Shown: in pieces, positions 22,384-26,794 of the stretch
Layout: every line of letters starts with the position of its first letter
Position numbering within the stretch: position 1 is the stretch's first letter
Origin: a virus
Lineage: Duplodnaviria > Caudoviricetes
Length of the DNA stretch: 26,794 nt
IMG/VR virus record: IMGVR_UViG_3300010362_000090
Span: 1 to 26,794 of that record
Strand: one strand, 5' to 3'
Position numbers and translations under genes: made by a program
Notes under the pieces: generated by a model
Seen by the model: only the letters and a program-made list of their open reading frames with translations
Databases searched by the model: none
What the model was told of the DNA's origin: nothing

Positions 22384-22484
22384 CCAGAAATGAGGTCATT
22401 TGGTTGGCGTGTTGCCTGCTAGGCGCGTTCGCCTGTTTTGGCGTTTTCTTTTGGCTATGGGTAGGAGGCCCGACATGGAAATGA
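22380..22484 (+). CDS. 34-aa membrane peptide MTRNEVIWLACCLLGAFACFGVFFWLWVGGPTWK
   Basis: ATGA overlap; fills the gap; single hydrophobic helix. Confidence 0.55.
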   Translation: MTRNEVIWLACCLLGAFACFGVFFWLWVGGPTWK

Positions 22485-22840
22485 ACCTCACGAACGAACA
22501 GCTCGACCTCGCTATCATGGTGACGAGCATGAGCACCGGACAGGGGTCGCGCATCCTCGCCAGCAAGCTCCAAAATCACTGGCGCGATATGCAGGAACCC
22601 GGCGACCCGGCGACGAAAAAGCCGCTGTCTCTTTCCGAGGACGAGTGTCGCATCGGCGCCGACGCGTGCGCGCTCAGCAATGACGCGGGCGCCGACGCGA
22701 TGGCCGACATGTTCGCGGCCGGAGCTGGCGAGGGCTACGTCAAGCCGGTGAAACCGACGCCGCCGGAGCCGGCCCCGGTGCCGGAGACGCCGCCGGCCGA
22801 CCCCGACCTTGACCCGCAACCGGCGCAACCGGCGGCCTGA
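22475..22840 (+). CDS. Hypothetical 121-aa protein with a Pro-rich tail
   Basis: AGGAGG RBS before ATG 22475. Confidence 0.75.
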   Translation: MEMNLTNEQLDLAIMVTSMSTGQGSRILASKLQNHWRDMQEPGDPATKKPLSLSEDECRIGADACALSNDAGADAMADMFAAGAGEGYVKPVKPTPPEPAPVPETPPADPDLDPQPAQPAA

Positions 22841-22842
22841 CC

Positions 22843-24336
22843 ATGGGAGAGGCTGTCAAATTCGGGCCGTGGCGTCCTGACCTTGGTCAATTCGCGACCG
22901 GGGCGGACGAGGCGCGCAATTGCGTCCGCATGAGCGACGGCTATAAACCGTTGTCCAGTTTAGCGGACTTTGGCGCCGGGGCCATCGCCGGACAGCCGAC
23001 CCTCCTCATGGTGACGCAGGGTTCTGACCATGTCATGCAAGTCCTGTCGGGCGACGAAACCAAGCTCTACAAACTTGACGCCGCGACCATGGCATGGACC
23101 GACGTTTCAACCTACGCCTACAACGCCGCCGGCAACCGCTGGCGGTCGGTCCAGTGGGGTGACGAGCTGGTCCTCACGCAAATCGGCGACCCGATGCAGG
23201 TTATAAACCTCGTCACCGGGTTGCCGTTTGAGGACCTTGTCAGCGACCCGGCGCAATTCGCCCCGCAAGCGCGCTACCTCGCGGCATGCGGCCCCTATCT
23301 TGTCGCCGGCAACACGGTCGACAGTGTCGACGGCGCCAAGCCGAACCGGTTGCGTTGGTGCGGTATCGAACAAATCCGCCTGTGGAAGCCGGACCCGGAA
23401 ACGACGGCCGACTGGCAGGACCAGCCGGATTGCGGTCATTTGCGCGGCCTGACCGGCGGCCGGCAATTGACCTGTCTCTTCGAGGAGGGCGTCGTCATCG
23501 GGACGCTGGTCGGCGCGCCCAAGGCGTTCCGGTTCGACCGTATCGAGGGCGCGCAAGGTTGCCTTGAGGAAAACAGTGTCATCGAATTCCGGGGGTCGAC
23601 CTACTACCTGTCCCGCGACGGGTTTCAGCGTTGGGATGGCCGACAGTCCAATCCTATCGGCTGGCGCAAGGTCAATCGCTGGTTTTTTGGCGACGCGCTC
23701 TTTGACAAGTTGTCGCGCATGTCCTGTATGGTGGACAGGCAACAGAAAATCATCGCTTGGCTGTACTGCGGCAAGGGGAGCGACGGTGTCACGCCCAACC
23801 ATGCGATGATTTACGAGTATGACAATGACGAATTCACATGGACCGACCTTGAGGGCGGGACAGCGCAGCTCCTAGGCGGGTTCACGACGCCGGGCTACAA
23901 CATTGACAATATCGACGGTCTCGCGCCGGGCGGGAGCATTGACCTCCTCCCCGCGCCGCTGGACGACCCGTTCTATGCCGGCGGCGTTCCCTTGTCGGGC
24001 GCGTTCGTCAACAAAAAGCTCTTTACGCTGACCGGCAACCCAATGACCGCAATACTGGACACGCCCTATCGACGGTACAACCCCATGGGCCGGTCCATGG
24101 TGACGGAGGTTCGCGACATTATCGAGGGACAGGGGTCGGTCCTCTGTCAACAGTACAGCCTAGACGAGGTCGCCGGCCGGCCGGCCAAGGTCGGGCGCGT
24201 GACCCCTGAAAACCGGTTCGGATTTTTCCCGGTGCGGAGCGAGGGCGCTTGGCACAAGTCGCGGCTGTTCATTGCAAACCAGTGGAAAGGCGCGTTCGGG
24301 GTCGACGTGACCGCGCATCCGTCAGGAGGGCGCTGA
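22843..24336 (+). CDS. Tail tubular/nozzle (DNA stabilisation, P22 gp10-like) protein
   Basis: 'FGPWRPD', a beta-propeller-like composition, 'GCL...SV', 'YYLSRDGF..WDG....PIG..KV', and its position in the tail module. Confidence 0.75.
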   Translation: MGEAVKFGPWRPDLGQFATGADEARNCVRMSDGYKPLSSLADFGAGAIAGQPTLLMVTQGSDHVMQVLSGDETKLYKLDAATMAWTDVSTYAYNAAGNRWRSVQWGDELVLTQIGDPMQVINLVTGLPFEDLVSDPAQFAPQARYLAACGPYLVAGNTVDSVDGAKPNRLRWCGIEQIRLWKPDPETTADWQDQPDCGHLRGLTGGRQLTCLFEEGVVIGTLVGAPKAFRFDRIEGAQGCLEENSVIEFRGSTYYLSRDGFQRWDGRQSNPIGWRKVNRWFFGDALFDKLSRMSCMVDRQQKIIAWLYCGKGSDGVTPNHAMIYEYDNDEFTWTDLEGGTAQLLGGFTTPGYNIDNIDGLAPGGSIDLLPAPLDDPFYAGGVPLSGAFVNKKLFTLTGNPMTAILDTPYRRYNPMGRSMVTEVRDIIEGQGSVLCQQYSLDEVAGRPAKVGRVTPENRFGFFPVRSEGAWHKSRLFIANQWKGAFGVDVTAHPSGGR

Positions 24337-24337
24337 C

Positions 24338-24676
24338 ATGGCCGCACCGCTGGCCCGGCGCAATTTCTACCCAACCCTGTTGGAAGCGGGCGACCGCGAT
24401 CCGGCCATGGTCGCGCGTGTCGTCAACAGCGCGGTTGCGGGAAACTTGAACGTCGTCGGGACGGTGACCTTTGTCGCCGGGACAACCGAGACTTGGATTT
24501 ATGACCCCCGGATTTCGCCGCAGTCGTTCTTTTGCTGGCAATTGCTGGCGCCGATAGGGACGAACCCGCATCTTGTCGCGGCGGTCTACCTCAAAGAGCG
24601 CGGGACGCGAAAGGCGCTCATTGGCCATCAAGCGCCGGACGCGGACCTGACGGTCGAATACATGGTGATAGGATGA
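24338..24676 (+). CDS. Small tail-associated protein
   Basis: AGGAGG RBS; 'G.LNVVGTVT....T.T...DPRI'. Confidence 0.7.
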   Translation: MAAPLARRNFYPTLLEAGDRDPAMVARVVNSAVAGNLNVVGTVTFVAGTTETWIYDPRISPQSFFCWQLLAPIGTNPHLVAAVYLKERGTRKALIGHQAPDADLTVEYMVIG

Positions 24677-25056
24677 CCGACCAGCTCCCGCCCTACTGGT
24701 TTGAAAACCTCCCGCGCATGCGCGACGCGCTGGACAAGTCCGGCGGCTGCTATGAGCCGGAGGACGTCCTGTCCATGTTACAGGACAACGATAATGCGTT
24801 TTGGCTGGCGACCCCGACCAGTTTCCTCATGGCTGAGGTCATGACCTATCCGCGCAAGCGGGTATTTAACTGGTCAGTGGCGGCCGGTGACATGGACGAG
24901 CTGTTGGGGTTCGGTCGACGGTTCGCGGCGCTCGGGTTGCAAATGGGCTGTAGCGAGGCGCAACTCATGGGGCGGCCCGGTTGGGAGCGGCGGTTGTCGA
25001 ATTATCGCAAGGTGGCGGTCATCCTCCGGTGTCCGCTCCGGGAGCTGCTACAATGA
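24673..25056 (+). CDS. GNAT-like tail assembly / internal virion protein
   Basis: 'YPRKR', 'AAGDMDEL', 'GC......GRPGWER.L'; it precedes the ejection proteins. Confidence 0.65.
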   Translation: MTDQLPPYWFENLPRMRDALDKSGGCYEPEDVLSMLQDNDNAFWLATPTSFLMAEVMTYPRKRVFNWSVAAGDMDELLGFGRRFAALGLQMGCSEAQLMGRPGWERRLSNYRKVAVILRCPLRELLQ

Positions 25057-26219
25057 GCTTGGGCGGCGGGAAAACCAAATCCACGACAACCTCCGAACCG
25101 TGGTCGGCATGGCAACCGTACCTCAAAGAGGTCATGTCGGAGGCGCAAACCAATTATCAGGGTGGCGCGCCGACGTTTTGGCAAGGCACGGCGAACGCCG
25201 GGCTAACCCCGGAAATGCAAGCGGCGCTCGGGGGTATCTGGAACCGCTCACAGGCTGGCAACCCGGCGCTGGCTGGGGCACAGGCGAGCACGGGCGCGGT
25301 TGCGTCCGGCGGGATGGCTGGCGCCAACCCGGCCTATGATTTCCTCCTAGGCCAGCTCTACGGGCCGAACGGCAACCCGGCCATGGGCTACGCGTCCGAC
25401 CTCGCGGCCGGGACCGGGACGAACCCGGCGCTCCAGTATTTCAACGCGGAGGCCAGCGGCGCCAACGTCGGCAAAAATCCATGGCTGGACGCGACGTACA
25501 AAGCGGCGGTCGACCCGCTCATGAAAACCTACAAGGAAAGCACGGTCCCGGCCTTGCAGTCGGACTACGCCATGTCCGGGCGCTACGGGTCCAACGCGTT
25601 CCGCACGGCCTTGGGCAATGAACAGGACAAGCTCGGGGCGGCGGCCGGCGACCTCGCGACCAAGATTTACGGCGGCGCCTATGACGCCGACCGGAACCGG
25701 CAAATGCAGGCCATGAGCGGCCTGTCCGGCGCCTACGGACAGGACATTTCCTCGCGCATCGCGGCCGGTCAATTCCTGCAAGGGACCTACGATACCGACC
25801 TCCAGCGCAAGCTCTACGCTGCCCAACAAACCGGACAGCTCGGGCAACAGGACATTTCCAACATGCTACAGGCGGCCGGCATGGTACCGGGGCTGGGGCA
25901 AGCTGACTACGCCGACCTTGAACAGGCGCTCAAGGTCGGACAGTACGGACAGGCGCGCTCGCAGGCCGAACAGGACCTAGAGCGCCAGCGGTTCGACTAC
26001 GAGCAAAACGCCGACAATCAATGGCTACAAAACTACGCACAGATGATTTACGGAGCGCCGCTCGGGAATTTCGGCACTCAAACCACGACGCAGAAAACCG
26101 GCGGCGGCGGCTTGGGGTCGATCCTAGGCGGCGTCATGGGCATAGGCTCCATGATAGCGGGCGCGCCGCAAATCGGCGCCGGCTGGAATTTCCTGTTCGG
26201 CGGCGGCGGCGCGAAGTGA
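25053..26219 (+). CDS. DNA ejection (internal virion) protein
   Basis: 'MSLGGGKTKSTTTSEPW...QPYL', Gly/Ala/Gln-rich, 'SGRYGS', and a hydrophobic Gly-rich C-terminus. Confidence 0.75.
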   Translation: MSLGGGKTKSTTTSEPWSAWQPYLKEVMSEAQTNYQGGAPTFWQGTANAGLTPEMQAALGGIWNRSQAGNPALAGAQASTGAVASGGMAGANPAYDFLLGQLYGPNGNPAMGYASDLAAGTGTNPALQYFNAEASGANVGKNPWLDATYKAAVDPLMKTYKESTVPALQSDYAMSGRYGSNAFRTALGNEQDKLGAAAGDLATKIYGGAYDADRNRQMQAMSGLSGAYGQDISSRIAAGQFLQGTYDTDLQRKLYAAQQTGQLGQQDISNMLQAAGMVPGLGQADYADLEQALKVGQYGQARSQAEQDLERQRFDYEQNADNQWLQNYAQMIYGAPLGNFGTQTTTQKTGGGGLGSILGGVMGIGSMIAGAPQIGAGWNFLFGGGGAK

Positions 26220-26226
26220 GGTCGAC

Positions 26227-26794
26227 ATGGGTTGGCTATTCGGAGACCCGGACGAGCAAGAGGCGCTGACGACCGGTAGCGCGTGGGGTCCTCTCAACAA
26301 AGAGGCGCTTCCCGACCCGGCCAAGCTGGCGGCGGCGCAACGCATGGCCGGGCGCCTCAACCTGTCGCGCCAGCTCGCCAGCGGTGCGACGGCGGTCAGC
26401 GAGGCCAACCGCAAGGGCGGGAATTTTTTCGACCTGTTGGCCGCTGCGGCGGGAGGCATGTCCGGCGGCGCCGACGAATTCCAGAAATCCCGCGCCGCTC
26501 GCGGTCAGGCCGACATTTACGCCAAGCACGCCGCCGGACAGATGACCGGCGGGACCATGGGCAAGGGACAGGGCGGCGGGACGTCCGGTAAAATGGTCAG
26601 GCTGACAAACGGCCTTGTGGTTGAGGTCATGGTCGACGGCTCGTTCAAGCGCGCCCCTTACGAGTATCAGCACGCGACCGGCATTCCGCAGCTTGACGCA
26701 AATCAGGAGGCCATGCTCATAGGCAACCGGGGCAAGCCGGGCGCCGGGGTCGTTCCGGGGCCGGCCGGCGCGCCGGGCGGGACGACGCCGACCG
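26227..26794 (+). CDS. Probable second ejection protein, truncated at the window end
   Basis: GAGGT RBS; the frame (MGWLFGDPDEQEAL...) stays open to the end and is Gly/Ala-rich. Confidence 0.7.
   Translation, partial: MGWLFGDPDEQEALTTGSAWGPLNKEALPDPAKLAAAQRMAGRLNLSRQLASGATAVSEANRKGGNFFDLLAAAAGGMSGGADEFQKSRAARGQADIYAKHAAGQMTGGTMGKGQGGGTSGKMVRLTNGLVVEVMVDGSFKRAPYEYQHATGIPQLDANQEAMLIGNRGKPGAGVVPGPAGAPGGTTPT

Larger units (their letters stand above)
1..26794. mobile_element. Podovirus-type phage genome segment
   Basis: Continuous replication, packaging, head, lysis and short-tail genes, with no host genes. Confidence 0.95.

Noticed and set aside
1-26794. Frequent GAGCTGG/CCAGCTC as a Chi-like motif
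   Set aside because: It is largely explained by Glu-Leu and Gln-Leu codon pairs, and I cannot show an excess without computation.

Overview
This is a GC-rich fragment of a tailed dsDNA phage or prophage with podovirus-type structural genes. The host is probably an Alphaproteobacterium (I saw no GANTC sites in the stretches scanned). From left to right: (1) a 5'-truncated PriCT-2/D5-type primase-helicase and three small genes, including an HTH-like protein and DUF3846. (2) An oppositely oriented accessory island (about 2.8-6.45 kb) built from repeated self-contained expression cassettes. Each cassette head has paired TGTC-N10-GACA boxes, a TTGACA-17-TATTT promoter, a CUGCYA-loop leader hairpin and a near-identical RBS block, and cassettes end in a terminator. 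Cargo is ArdC, a Zn-finger/DUF6011-like protein and three unknown small proteins. (3) A mirror-symmetric iteron/IHF-site element. (4) A RuvC-like resolvase, a repeat-rich non-coding gap and a run of small ORFs. (5) Probable TerS, a structured non-coding interval, TerL, an Acb2-like protein, portal, holin/endolysin, scaffold, major capsid, adaptor, tail fibre, tail tube/nozzle and ejection proteins running off the right end. The most unusual signals are the standardised cassette grammar of the island and a shared D(D/E)WL motif on four DNA-handling proteins. All calls are by eye; no searches were run.
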